Shown in pieces: positions 11,470 to 24,456 of a stretch of 64,000 nucleotides of DNA. The notes beneath the pieces were generated by a model that saw only the letters and a program-made list of their open reading frames with translations, did not search any database and was not told the origin of the DNA. The number at the start of each line of letters is the position of its first letter. Within the stretch, counting starts at the first letter, position 1. The translations under genes and the position numbers were made by a program. This DNA is from Felis catus. Lineage: Eukaryota. The stretch covers positions 144,958,001 to 145,022,000 of the forward strand of contig NC_058368.1 in the NCBI RefSeq assembly GCF_018350175.1, written 5' to 3'.

Positions 11470-13009
11470 AAAAAGAGGGGGATGAAAAAAATCACAATGA
11501 TTCATTATTTAGCCTTCATTTTCAAGTTGCCCAAATGGTCTAAAACTTCACAATAATCTTTAATTGTTTTTAATGGAGCTGAATAAGAAAATTTGATTCT
11601 CTGCATAAATCTAACATGATCTACAAAGCTCTACTTGACTTAGCCACATAGACAGAACTTCAGGATTGGCTTCTTGTTTATATGGAATCATGGATGAAAA
11701 CTTATCAAGCTAGTTCTGAGCTCCCAAAACACAACCATCATACTTTACTGTAAGAGAAGTATAATAAGGATAGGGGGAAAACCTTAATTATTATTGTAAT
11801 TAACTAAGAATCTACTTTTTATTGTTAAAACAGCTAATTAACTAGCCTCTATGATTCTTATTCTTCTGTATTATCCCATTTCATTACAAAATACATTTGG
11901 TTTTAGGAATTAGAAAAATGAGATGTTATTTTTCTTAAGTATACACATTTGCTTCATAACAATAAATTTGACAATTCTGTATTCAGAAGATATTTAACAC
12001 AGGCATACGCATAGGCTTCCTAATTAATGGTATTTCAAGTGAAGTGAATAGGTACCTGAAGAATCCCATTGTTGAAGTTTTATTATAGTCACAATTTAAA
12101 AACTTTTAGAAATACAAATGCTTGCTTGATACAGAGTTAACCTATAAAATTCTGGAAGTCTAGAATCACTCTTTCTCAGTGGGAAAGCTTGAATAACAAA
12201 TGACCCTCCAAGGGAAATTTTCTACTTATACCTACCTATAAACCTTACACTTACTATATACTTTTACCTATTTGTTTAAAGTATTTTTTACATAAAGGAA
12301 TGTAATAAATTTCTTTCAGCAAAGCTCTCAAGTTGAATCTTACTTAAATTTTGTGATGATTAACAATCAAGGAAATAATCTAATAATTATATTTCACTAC
12401 TGAAAACAGTATCAAATAGAATTTTCTAGAATTAAAAACTATATATTTTATCAGATTTAGAAACAATTAGAATTTATGCTTATTTTTATGTCGTTCTCCT
12501 TTTGAAGATAATGTACTTATAAAAATACCTGCAAGATTATTCTTTTAAAATTCGGATACCTATAAAATATTTCTAAAGTAATTATGCTTTTTGTGCTAGT
12601 TACACAATTCAGAGAATCTCTAAGAACTTGGAGCAGGCTACTTTACAGAAACAATTAAATATTAAAAGATATAAGTGGACAACTCACATTTTACTAAGTA
12701 CATATTAGAAATATTTATGAATACTCTCACATTCCTTTTCCAATTATATTCATTGGGGATTAGGGAAAACTTGGATACAGATTTATTTTGTTTTGTAGCA
12801 TGAAGCTAATAACATTATTTGGGTAAGTCCTTGAAGGTGTGAATATTTGTGTTAATTCTGTATTGAGAGATACATAAGCTACTAAGAGTCTATAGAGTAT
12901 GTTTAGTGCTGTCACCTCCTTCCTTATGACTCCATTGGTTTCACATAGTTATTTTTAGGATAGCCATATTTAAGAAGCAGGATAAACCACATATTTAATA
13001 ATAATCAGA

Positions 13010-13132
13010 GGGGTGCCATGTTGGCTCAGTTGGTTAAATTCGACTCGATTTCAGCCCAGGTCTTGATCTCACGGTGATGAGTTCAAGCCTCATGTTGGGC
13101 TCCATGCAAAACAAAACAAAACAAGAAACAAA
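13010..13132 (+). mobile_element. Short or partial Can-SINE with (CAAAA)n tail
   Basis: SINE head, then caaaacaaaac tail. Confidence 0.85.
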
Positions 13133-13385
13133 GGGGGCATCTAGGTGGCTTTGTCAGTTAAGTGTCTGACTCTTTATTTTGGTTCAGGTCATGATCCCAG
13201 GGTCATGGGATTGAGCCCGGTGTTGGGCTCCATGGGATCGAGCCCCATGTTTGACTCCACATTGAGTGCTGAGTATGGAGCCTGCTTAAGTTTCTCTCCC
13301 TCCACCACCACCACCCCTTTCGCCCCCTGCTCTGGCTCTCATGCTTCCTCTCTCTCAAAATAAACAACTAAACATTTTTTTTAAA
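13133..13385 (+). mobile_element. Can-SINE with internal ~27-bp duplication
   Basis: catgggattgagccc…ctc segment repeated; taataatcaga flanks the pair. Confidence 0.9.
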
Positions 13386-13779
13386 GAATACTAATAATCA
13401 GAAACTATACGAAGAAACCAGAGATTTACACAGTCAAAACAAAGTAAAACAAGACTTAGAGAAAATAATGTAAAGGTGTGCATGTTGAGAGGAGGGGTAG
13501 AACACAATACAGTTTGGGGTTTAATTTTTTAGTTAACTTATGACTCAAATGACGATAGACTTTTAGTAATTATAAACAGCATAAAAATGCCAAGTATATT
13601 CGGAATTTATAAAATTGACTTCATCCATTTTTCACAACAATGTATAAAACACAGCATGCAATATTGTCTCTTCACTTGAAAAGGCAACTTTAAAAATAGG
13701 TCACAGCTTCTGATGGAGGATACAAACTGCCAGGAAAACTAGCACAGTAGGGGTTCAAGAAATGATGATAATAATGAGA

Positions 13780-13960
13780 CTGGATTACTGCTGAGAATCA
13801 GAAGAGAAGGCTTAATTCTCACTCCAGCCCCAGTCACCCATTTTCTATGTGGCCTTGGGTGAGTCACTTAAACTCTCAGTGATTTGATTAAAAAATAACA
13901 TTGAGTTTACTTGCTTTGCAAATTTACTGTAAGTTTACATAGAGCCCTGATGAGATGTGA
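13780..13960 (+). mobile_element. MIR/MIR3 fragment
   Basis: tgtggccttgggtgagtcacttaaactctc core. Confidence 0.7.
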
Positions 13961-15465
13961 ATGTAATACATATTCCTTTACTCATGACCCTAGTCTTTGT
14001 AAAGACTTTTTATGTTTTGTTCCCTTTATGACAACTTGTATATTTACATAAACCACAAAGGCTGAGAGATTAATTCTAAAATAAAAATAATCTTTCAAGA
14101 AAAAGGTTTATTTTAGAAGAAAGAGGAGGAGGAAACCCTCCAAAATACTGGTTTTACTGTTTCTTCACCTCATGTGAAACAAAGCTTGAAAGAGAAAAGG
14201 GACTAGCTTGAAAGCTGTGAAAAGGGACTAGACACTGGCTCTTTGACAAACAAACTGAAATAAAAACTCTAAAAATGATTTAGAAAGTGTCCCTTTAATA
14301 CCTCAGAGTAGGGCTTGTCAGCCTTCTAAAATCTATCTCCTGCAGGACCTTTTCACTCTGTCTTTTGTTTGTCCCTATCAAGATTATTTGTTAAATTTTA
14401 TCTTCTATAGCTTTTAATATAAAAACAGTCATATCAAATATGTATTTTCAACTGCCTAAACTCTTTCCCCAACCAGATTTTGATACATTCCTCCCTATAC
14501 TTTTCCACTCAGTCCTATGAACTGTCCTTCAAATCCCAAATTTGGGCAGGATATTTTGCTACTCATAACATTAATAAACATCATTACTGAAATAAACTTA
14601 GAGAGCTCTATGTGATGCCTAGCTATTTTCCACTAGTCATATGAAAATTCAGAAAAAAGTATAACCAGAACAACTCTCCTTTATGTTTCAGTTACCTAGA
14701 AATTCAGTAACAACATCATCACCAAAAATATACTTGTTGCTTCATTTATTTATGTATGAATAAAATTATATCATCAGGGCAGCAGGGAGTAGAGATGAGA
14801 CAATGACAGGATCTTGCTGTTTTAGCAAAACGTTTCACAATTTCTTATTATTTTTATACAAGTGAACTAAGTGTTTATATAGTTAACTTTATTTTCCTTT
14901 TTTGTTTTTCCTTTTTTCCTATTCCTTCCTCCCTTCATCCCTCCCTGTCTCCCATCCTCCTTTCCTTATTCCTTCTATCCACTCAATATTGGTTTTTGGC
15001 TGAGCCCACAGTCTCAACAATAAAACTGCACTACTCAGGTCAGAAGCTAATAGGTTTCTCCTCCCTCAAATGCCACTGGAAACTTCCTGAAGAAATAAGA
15101 AACACATTAATTAAAAAAAACAAAAACAAAAAACCAGAGGGTACTTGCATAAGCAATGAAAACAGTTTCCGGTCTACATTATGATTAAATCAACTTGAAT
15201 AATAAATGTCTGATATGGATAAGATCTATTAGGACATCTTGCATATCTATGGCCAATGACATTTGCTCCCAACAATTGTGTGCATTTTTTTTCAGTGCAT
15301 TGTTAAATAACAAGCAGTGGGACCTCTACCACTTCCCTTTAAGATAATTGCATAACATTATAAATTCTATTAAGAGGAAATTTCTTTTAAATATACTGAA
15401 TACTGAAATTTTTCATTCAAAATCATTCCATTATTCATTGTCATACTAGTCAGTGTATTGGATAG

Positions 15466-15535
15466 ATATAATTATACATATACATACATATACATACATA
15501 TGTATATACACACATATGAACATCTGCATATGTGT
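15466..15535. repeat. (TACA)n/(TA)n microsatellite
   Basis: tacatatacatacatatacatacata. Confidence 0.85.
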
Positions 15536-16307
15536 TTGATTATAAGTATAAACTGAATATATTTAATTTTTTATATTTACATATTTAATTGACACATGGG
15601 CTCAAATTTTACATTTTACATTAAAATGCTATATATATTCACATATATTCTTATTCTGAGGTTCATTATCTATTAATTTAATTCTTTTTCTTTTAAACAA
15701 GGTTACATAAAAATTATTCTTACAAATTACATTTTATAGGCAATGAATCATCAGCCTATTTAATAAATATTTAAAGGACAAATAGAACAAGGGTTTTGGG
15801 CTTATTTTTTGATTTGGTTTTCTGGGTTTTCTACATGGCAATTTATTGGCAAAGTAATTTGTACCCTAAGCTTCAATCTTGGGATTTTTAACAACTGATG
15901 TGGTCATTATAGAGATAATAAATATCATTCACAGTGACAATTTAAATTTAAAAAAACATGTCAAGTTGAGAGATGAGATTTGGTAAAAAACTGGTTTCTC
16001 TTCTGTTTCAATGACTCCTAATATAATAAAGCCACTGAAATCAACTTAATGCTTGTCAAGATCCATTGAACTTTATAGCGAGCATCTGGGTAGTGGCACA
16101 ATACAGATGTTGGAATAGAATACCACAGTAAAACTACTTCAAGATTCATCTGGTTAATAACACTACTTCATTGAAAACATTACTTTCTGCAATTTCTGAC
16201 TTATTTTTGCCCAAATAAAGGCTGTTCACCATTTTTTTTTAAGGCACATTTGGGACCTAACAAAACAAAGCTGCAACTTCTATCATATATTAAAGTATTG
16301 GCTTTAT

Positions 16308-16528
16308 GGGGCACCTGGGTGGCTCAGTCGGTTAAGCGTCCGACTTCAGCTCAGGTCATGATCTCGTGGTCCATGAGTTCGAGTCCCGCATCGGGCTCTG
16401 GGCTGATGGCTCAGAGCCTGGAGCCTGCTTCCGATTCTGTGTCTCCCTCTCTCTCCGTCCCTCCCCCATTCATGTTCTGTCTCTGTCTCAAAAATAAATA
16501 AACGTTAAAAAAAATTAAAAAAAAAAAA
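16308..16528 (+). mobile_element. Young Can-SINE
   Basis: Perfect 17-bp TSD taaagtattggctttat. Confidence 0.97.
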
Positions 16529-16984
16529 TAAAGTATTGGCTTTATAGCTAAATAATGGAATTTAATTTTTTGGGGTTAAAAAATAAATGTCCATTATAAA
16601 GCACTATCTACAAGTCACAAAAAGTTAAGAAAATCTCCATAAACTTCAAAAAGCTGTATCTTTGGAAATGAGAAACAAAGTGTACAGGTAAGTTATAACT
16701 TCCATAACTCTCTTTTTTGTTTTTTTGTGGCAAACTATGTTTCTAGACAGGGCTCATATTAGATGCTGGTTAAATCGAAGGAACTAAAGGACCTGAAAAT
16801 GTTCTCACTGGCATCATCAAAAACTTTCTCCAACTTTCTTGGTAACCAGCAAGAAGGATTTTCTTCATTCTTCCAAGATGCCTCATCTTTGCCTGACCCT
16901 GCCAAATTCTCCATTCTTCATGTTCTAATTTGCTTTGAATTCTATGTTTTCATCCCAGTCTACTACTAGTTGGTTTTATTATTA

Positions 16985-17200
16985 ACCCAGGAACACAGGT
17001 GCATTGTAGAAAAAAATCAGGAAACACAGTAAGAACCAACAAGAAAATAAAAATCAAGTGTAATCTCACTATTCAGAAACAACTACTGTTAACATTTTAA
17101 GACAAATTTTTAAAATAAAAATGAGATTAAGGTATAATTTCTATGGGTTTTTTAAGTGATATTTTCATTGAGTAATATATCCTGAATATCTTCTATTTGT
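16985..17200 (-). mobile_element. Ancient L1ME-type 3' fragment
   Basis: aaaataaaaatcaagtgtaatctcactattcagaaacaactactgttaacatttt motif. Confidence 0.6.
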
Positions 17201-17286
17201 CTCATTCCCTTCACATTTTTAGTATTTTAATTTTTCTCTTTCTCAAAACAATTTTTCCAAGTCTTTACTACTTAATAATTCTAAAT

Positions 17287-17522
17287 GAGAGGTCAGCAAA
17301 CCTTCTTCCGTAATGAGCAAAACAGTAAATATTTTAGGTTTTGCAGGCCACGTGGTCTCTGCTACTATTATTTAATTCCAGTATTGAAGTGTAAAAGGAG
17401 CCACAAACATACATCAAGAATCGACGTGGCTATGTCCCAGTAAATTTAAAAATCAAATATTTTTTTTCAAATAAAACTTTAGTTACAAAAACAGGCAGTG
17501 GGCTGTAGTTTGCTGACCCAAT
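17287..17522 (+). mobile_element. MER58A-like hAT-Charlie MITE
   Basis: TIRs ggtcagcaaac…gtttgctgacc; internal agtaaatattttaggttttgcaggcca. Confidence 0.85.
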
Positions 17523-18014
17523 ATTCTAGACAATTGTGTATAAAAAATATTGCACATCATGATTACTATCACCTCTAGCTGAGTATTTTACATATTATCT
17601 TTATACTCAACTTTTTCTATTAGTACAGATTTACCCCAGCACACAATCCCAAGGATATGTTCATTTCCTGTGGTAACATGCAAATGTGATTCTTCAAAAG
17701 TGGTAGAAAATCCTCCATGCTGGAACGGTACCAGAAAGACTTCCCCAGTCTGTGTCTTAGAAACCTGTATTTCAATAGCAAAGTAGAAGGGTGCTCTTCC
17801 CTCTCCCCTTTAGCCAACTGAGGTCCAAGTTAAATGGGTAGTAACTTGCTGACACAGAGAATTTTCATCCCTGTTTCAAATCTATGAAAGAGAGAGAAAT
17901 TGATATTGAAGGAGTTGGAATAGCAGGACACCTGTAAGTTTATATGCATCCATATCCATGCTGTCTTCCTTCCCCACTGCGACAACAAAAGAGGTTTTTC
18001 TCCTCCTAGGGCTC

Positions 18015-18017
<3 letters not shown>

Positions 18018-18061
<44 letters not shown>
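18018..18061. repeat. Pure T44 homopolymer
   Basis: Uninterrupted T run. Confidence 0.95.
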
Positions 18062-18064
<3 letters not shown>

Positions 18065-18434
18065 ATAGAGTCTATTCCTTATTGCCTTTTCACCATGGTT
18101 CAGAACCTCTCATTTTAATCCTTCTCTCTCTCATGTCTCTTCAAGCCCCATCCCTCTGTCTTTACTCGCTTGCTCTCTCATCACTATTTAAACTTATGTA
18201 GGACTTGCCTATCTTAAGAAAGCCCTTCCTAAATTTAAAATAGTACCGTCCCTACTGTTTCTACTCTTCCTTTTCATTCCCAAGTTTCATGAAAGAATTG
18301 TCTACACTTCCCTTTTCTTATTTATTCCTCATTTCACTTCAGCCAGGTTTTGCCCCATTCAACCACTAAAACTGACTAATGTTATCAGTGCAATCTTATT
18401 GTTAAATCTACCTTTAAGCTCATCTTTTACCTTG

Positions 18435-18680
18435 CTGGTCAAGAGTGCAAATTACAGAGTCAAACTGCATGAGTTCAAAGCTTGATTGTGTCACTTACTA
18501 GCTATGCATTAATTTGGGCAAGTCTCTTAACCTCTCTGTACCCTCACTTTTCTCATCTGCAAAATTGGGATATAGTAATATCTAGATCAAAAGATTACTG
18601 TGAAAATTTAAATAATGAGTGCAAAACTGTTTACAACAGTGCCTGGTGCATAGTAAACTCTATACAGATGCTAGTTAGCA
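18435..18680 (+). mobile_element. Near full-length MIR
   Basis: cagagtcaaactgcatgagttcaaa…ttgggcaagtctcttaacctctctgt…acagtgcctggtgcatagtaaactc. Confidence 0.9.
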
Positions 18681-19861
18681 GCATTTGATACAATTACCCT
18701 CTCTCCCCTTACTGAAAGGATCTCTACTGAAACATTACCTATGTTATTTCATTGCCCTTTGGATTCATTTTTCCTAATCTTCCTTTCATATTACTCTTCC
18801 TTTATAAGGCAGTTCTCTTCCAAGCCCACTGTCCTACTCACATTATCCTCTCCTCAGACAATCTCTTCCATTCCCATTGCTTGAGTTTCCACCTGGTGTC
18901 TTCTAATCTATTATCTCCTATCAAAATTTCCCTCCTTTTCTACATACCTGTATAAAGTGGCTCTAGTACATCATTACTTGGCTATCAAAAAGCACTCATG
19001 TTACACATATCTAAAACCTACCTCACCTTCTCAGATCCTACCCCTAACCTTATTCCCTCTCCAGTGTTACCCAGCTCAGTGAATAGTACTGCTATCCATC
19101 AAGTTCGCCAAGCCTGAAACATGTGAGGTGACCTAGACTCCTCATCACACACCATCTTACACATGTAGTAAGGGTCCTGTCAATAACATTTTTAAGTGGT
19201 TATCAAATCTGTTCACATTTCTCTATCCGTACTGTTACTACCTTAGACTAGGCAACTATTATCTTTCACTCCATTATTTCTATAAACTTCTAACTAAAGT
19301 CTTTGCCCAGAGTGTTAAAGTCCTCTTCAACACATGCTCTATAATGCTATCAAAATATACCCTCTAATTACAAGCTGATTAATGCAGGACAAAAGCTGAA
19401 TGGTTACACACTGTCCTTATAAAACTCTGGCACTCCTAAATGTGGATTTAAAAAGCCCTCATGGCCTGGCCCTTATTTACCTCGGGTCTCGTGTCACATC
19501 TCCACCTTCTCCCCGCTTCAGGTTTTCTACATAATCATGTCATCTACAATTTTACCTTTTCCTTTCTGTTTGCTTTTCCCTTTTTCTTGTCTGAGTGCCC
19601 TGGCTACAAGTGCCAGTATGATAAACAGAAGTAGTAAAAGTTGACACTTTTGCTTTATTGTTTATGGTAGAGGGGAAACATTCAGTATTTTACCATGAAA
19701 TAACATGTTAGTGGTAGGATTTTATCAAACTGAGGTAGTTCCTTTTATTCCCAGTTTGCTACGAGTTCTAAAGAATGAATGTTAGATTTTATCAAATGTC
19801 TTTTCTGTGTTGACTGAAATGACACACTGCACTGATTAATTTTCAAGTGTTAAACTGATCT

Positions 19862-19982
19862 TTTTTAAATTATTATTAATTTATTATCAAATTGGTTTCC
19901 ACACAACACCCAGTGCTCATCCCAACAGGTGCCCTCCTCAATGCCCATCACCCACTTTCCCCTCCCTCCCACCGTCCATCAA
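19862..19982 (-). mobile_element. 5'-truncated L1_Fc 3' end
   Basis: Perfect 14-bp TSD tgttaaactgatct (19848-19861, 19983-19996). Confidence 0.92.
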
Positions 19983-20315
19983 TGTTAAACTGATCTCAAA
20001 ATGTCTTGGATAAACCCCACTTGCTCACAGTTTATACATCATCTTTTTCTTTTTTCTTTTATTTTTTTCTGTTGGATTCTGTTTGTTCAATTTTTGTTAA
20101 AAGTTTTTTGCATCTATATTCATGTGAGACACTGGTCCTTAGTTTTCTTTATTGGAATGCCGTCTCATTTTGGTGGCAGGAAAAAGGGGATAAAGGCCAC
20201 CCCTTTAATTATCATGAAATAAATTTCTATATCCCAGGTTAGTTTTTGGCTCTGAAATCCTTTTCTGACATTAATGTAGCCACTGAAACTTTGTTTTGAA
20301 TAGTATTCTCCACTC

Positions 20316-20544
20316 TTAAAAATGTTTAAGTATGTTTATCTATCTATCTATCTAGAGAGAAACGTTCACATGTGTGCACGAGGAGAGGGGCAGAGAGAGA
20401 AGAAGAGAGAGAATCCCAAGCAGGCCCCGTGCAGTCAACGCAGAGCCCCATGCGGGTCTGGGGCTCCATCCCAGGAACCAGATCATGACCTGAGCCGAGA
20501 AAAAGAGCTGGACGCTTAACCGACTGAGCCACCCAGGTGCCCCC
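20316..20544 (-). mobile_element. Can-SINE
   Basis: Reverse head ending cacccaggtgcccc; (TATC)n in tail. Confidence 0.93.
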
Positions 20545-21693
20545 CATTCTTTTTACTTTTAATCTATTTGTTTCTTTATATCTAATGTGGGATTGTGTAG
20601 GCAGCATATAGTTGGATCTTGCTTTTTCATCCAATCTGGCAAACTCTGCTTTTAAAGTGGGATGTTTAGATTTTTTATATCTAACATGACCCTTAATGTG
20701 ATTAGGTTTAACTCTGTCACTTTATGATGTGTCACATCTATTCTTCGCACCTTTTTCCCTCTTTGATGCTCTCTTCTGGATTAACTGAAAGTTTTTAACT
20801 GATTCCTTTTTTATCTACTTTGATGAGTTATTAGCTCTAACTCTGTTTCCTTACTTTAGTGGTTGCTCTAGGGTTTATAGTATACATGTTTTACTTTTCA
20901 CAGCCCATTTTCAAGAATACCATTTCATGTATGGTATAAAAAAAGATCGTAACAGTCTACTTCTATTTTTCTCCCCCCAGCCTTTGTGCTATACATTTTG
21001 TCATACATTGTATATCTGTATATATTACAAATCACAGACAGTACTGTTATCATTTTGTTGAAAGTCATTTATCTTTTAATGATATTTGCATAATAAAAAT
21101 ATCATAGATTTATTCACATTGTTACAATTTCTGATTTTCTTCGTTTCTTTGTGTAGATCCATACTTCCTTTTGCTTTCATTTTCTTTCTTCCTAAAGTAC
21201 CTCCTTTAATATTTCTTTTAGATAAGTCTGCTAGTGATGAATTTTTTAGTTTTCATATGTCTCACTGAGTACAGAGTGCTACATTCTCACTTTTACGATA
21301 CTTTAAGTGGGAGTAAAGTAGCAAATAGTCTATTCTCTACTATTGTAGCAAGGCTCTTCTGAGTAAGTTACCCCATGGCCTATGAATTATGAGGTTTTAC
21401 ATTCTTTCTGATATGAACTTTCATAGAACCTTGTACTTTTTCTTAAACAAACACCCCTTACATACTTCATTGAAATTACTTATCTGATTGTCCTTTCATT
21501 ATGTAGCTCTTTCTCTACACTGTAGCTTTTTAAGCTCATACTTAAGCAATGCATATTTTGTGTTCCTAATACCTGGCATAATCCTGGCATAGTAGATGTT
21601 AGTCAAACACATAAGAACATTCATATGTGTAAATTGACAAAATACAAAATTTTACATGTGTAAACTAAGTTTGTACCAGAAATCCATGGTTTA

Positions 21694-21897
21694 GGGGCAC
21701 ATGGGTGGTTCAGTTAAGCGCCTCTTGGTTTTGGCTCAGGTCATGATCCCACAGTTTGTGATATCAAGCCCTGGATTGGCTCTGCACTGATAGCATGGAG
21801 CCTGCTTGGTATTCTCTCTCTTCTTCTTTCACTGCTCCTCCCCTGCTCTAGTGCTCACTCTCTCTCTCAAAATAAATAAACTTAAAAAAAAAAAAAC
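21694..21897 (+). mobile_element. Can-SINE
   Basis: TSD aaatccatggttta/aaatcaatggttta. Confidence 0.95.
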
Positions 21898-23778
21898 AAA
21901 TCAATGGTTTAATATTGAACTATCCTTTCTCTAACTCACATGACTTTCTAAACATAGTGATATACTTTAATTCCTCAGGAAATCATAACTACCTGCATAC
22001 TTGAGTGTAAAAGTCTGCCTCAACTTGTATTTTACTTTCTACCTCTTTCAAGATACCTTTTACTTCCTGTCTTATCCCTTTGACACAAGGCTTCAGACCA
22101 AAATAATGGTCAAGCAAAAAGATTTATTCTACAAAGTGGTAGTACTATCTACATTTACTGTAGCTTGTCAGAACTGGGCCTCTAGTCTCTGAAACAGTGT
22201 AATGATGCCTAGAATGATCAGAACAACATCCCAGAAATTCAGTATGCTTAGGAAGATGTTTTTTAAAAATGTATTTACAATGTTCTAAGAAACAATGGAA
22301 ATGAAGTGCAAACTAGTAATTATTTCTGCCTTAAATAATCAACTTGCCTTCCTATCAAAATTTCATTTAGCCACATTTCTAAAATGGATCCTTCATTGTA
22401 ATACATGTCACTGTAGTAACAATGAAACCTTTTGTATATTTAAGTCTGTACATCTATATTTTTATGTCTTTACATAAAGCAACTTATCAAAATCTTGAGT
22501 TTCCTCAAATAAAAGATTGTAAAAACACTTGACTTACAAAAAATAATCTATCCTGATAGAGTATTGTGTCAGGTATCCAAAGTCTAGTTTCATTTGTCCA
22601 CAGATAACCTGAAATTCTTAAATAAGCTTTTAATTTGCTTTTAAAAGAAAGCAAATTATCTTGATTATACTAATGTTCAACTTCTTTCAATTATTTTGTG
22701 ATTTCAACACGTAAAATTCCCACAATCAGCAACTGAAAAAAAGATGGTTTCCTCTTAAAAATAAAACTTTAATAAAGTATACTAAATAAAAGAATACAAT
22801 GGAACATCAAGTGCCATGGTTAATTAACACTTCCTGTTTAGTTACAAACAAGAGTCATATTGCTAGTAGATTCTTATTTTATTTCCCTTTTTTTTTTCAA
22901 GGTTGTATTTACATTGCAAGAGCATCAATAATTTTCTTGGGTTATAAAACATCATGCCCCAAGATTAATAGTGAGGAAACCTTTACATTTCACTGCTCTG
23001 CTCCCTGTTTAGATAGGGAAAAAGATGAGACCATAAACTCTTCACTGCCAAAAGGTTTGGGGGTGGGGGAGGGGGACAAGCCAGAGTTTAATCTTTTCCT
23101 GACAAAAAAAAAAAAAAAAAAAAAGGAAAAGCTCTTTGGAAGAACTTCAAAATCCACTTGTAGACAGAGTGGGTGTTATGGTTATGCAGGTAGCCTAAGT
23201 ATTACTCTTGCTAGATGTGAAGGAAAGCTACCATGGTACATATTTTTCTACTCCTTAGTCTCATTACACTCCATCTGAAGAGAAGTAGCATTGGAAAGTC
23301 TGAGAATTCTTAGATTTCATGAAGATACATTTTAGCAGACTTGACAATGAAGTTATATTCCATAATTAAGTTATATTTTTATTGGGTATTCCAAAGAGTA
23401 ACGTGTTCTCTTTGGGTTCTCCAAAGAGAAGAACGTGTTTAAGAAATTTTAAAACTTTTAAGCACCACTACAATTGCTACAGAACACTCTAGAAACAAAA
23501 ACATAAACAAATACTCCAGTATCCACTCCTCAGACTTCACACCAGCGTTCTTTGATCAAAATAATTTTTCCTATTCCCAGAAATATTTTTCTACAATTAA
23601 TGTTTTCTGAAATTAGTTTTCTCTTTTACTTGAATGATAAACACCCAAAAGTGCTAGAGAAAAATATCACACCAAATAATACAAATCCTGTGAAAAATCC
23701 TTCCCCAAGAATGTTTCTATTCTGTTTTAGTACAGGACTATCATACAATACCAGACAAGGAAAATACGATTGAGAACA

Positions 23779-23826
23779 GAATGAATGAATGAATGAATGA
23801 ATGAATGAATGAATAAATAAATAAAT
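23779..23826. repeat. (GAAT)n(AAAT)n microsatellite
   Basis: gaatgaatgaat…aaataaata. Confidence 0.9.
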
Positions 23827-24136
23827 GCAGAAATTTTGCTAATAGTCTCTTAAAGCCTAAAAAACAATGAGTATTATCTCTAAAATGTGGCTTGAAAGTA
23901 TCTTGTCTCTTATTTTGGGGAATAAGAGATAGCAATGTAATTTTCTGAAAAAGACAGTTCATGCTTTTCCATTTATCAATCCTAAAAAAAATAATTCTAT
24001 TTAATAACTTTTAGTCCAAACCAGTAGGCTTAGGATATATGCCCACAAATAAATAGGCAGGTAAGTGAATGAATGAATGAATGAATGAGCAAGCAAAGTT
24101 ATTAGATAAAACTCTTCTACTCAATACTAAACATAT

Positions 24137-24358
24137 GGGGCGCCTGGGTGGCTCAGTAGGTTAAGCGGCCGACTTAGGCTCAGGTCATGATCTCGCGGTC
24201 CATGAGTTTGAGCCTCGCGTCAGGCTCTGTGCTGACAGCTCAGAGCCTGGAGCCTGCTTCAGATTCTGTGTCTCCCTCTCTCTCTGACCCTCCCTCATTC
24301 ATGCTCTGTCTCTCTCTGTCTCAAAAATAAATAAACGTTAAAAAAAATTAAAAAAAAA
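24137..24358 (+). mobile_element. Young Can-SINE
   Basis: GGGGCGCCTGGGTGGCTCAG head, full body and tail. Confidence 0.97.
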
Positions 24359-24436
24359 TAAACATGAAAAAATCTTTGGATTGAGGGAGGGAAAAACTAG
24401 TTAGAATGAATTGCATTTTGTTTTCAACGACCTTAC

Positions 24437-24456
24437 AGTAGTACTGAGAAGAAATC
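24437..24456 (-). other. Candidate 20-nt microexon of an unidentified minus-strand gene
   Basis: ttgatttctttccttcTGCatTGCtacaacgcag|GATTTCTTCTCAGTACTACT|gtaagg. Confidence 0.45.

Larger units (their letters stand above)
17940..19540 (+). mobile_element. L2 remnant interrupted by a poly-T and a MIR; resumes ~21420-21620 after an L1
   Basis: CT-rich L2 motifs (aatagtactgctatccatcaagtt…cctagactcctc; gcatttgatacaattacc). Confidence 0.7.
19550..21400 (-). mobile_element. Old L1 remnant (ORF2 and upstream pieces), antisense
   Basis: T-rich reverse ORF2 motifs; translation RSNYMLPTQSHIRYKETNRLKVK resembles the endonuclease N-terminus. Confidence 0.8.

Noticed and set aside
22799..23278. 159-aa ORF in non-repeat sequence
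   Set aside because: Crosses homopolymer runs, has no recognisable domain or splice context, and has AT-biased composition.
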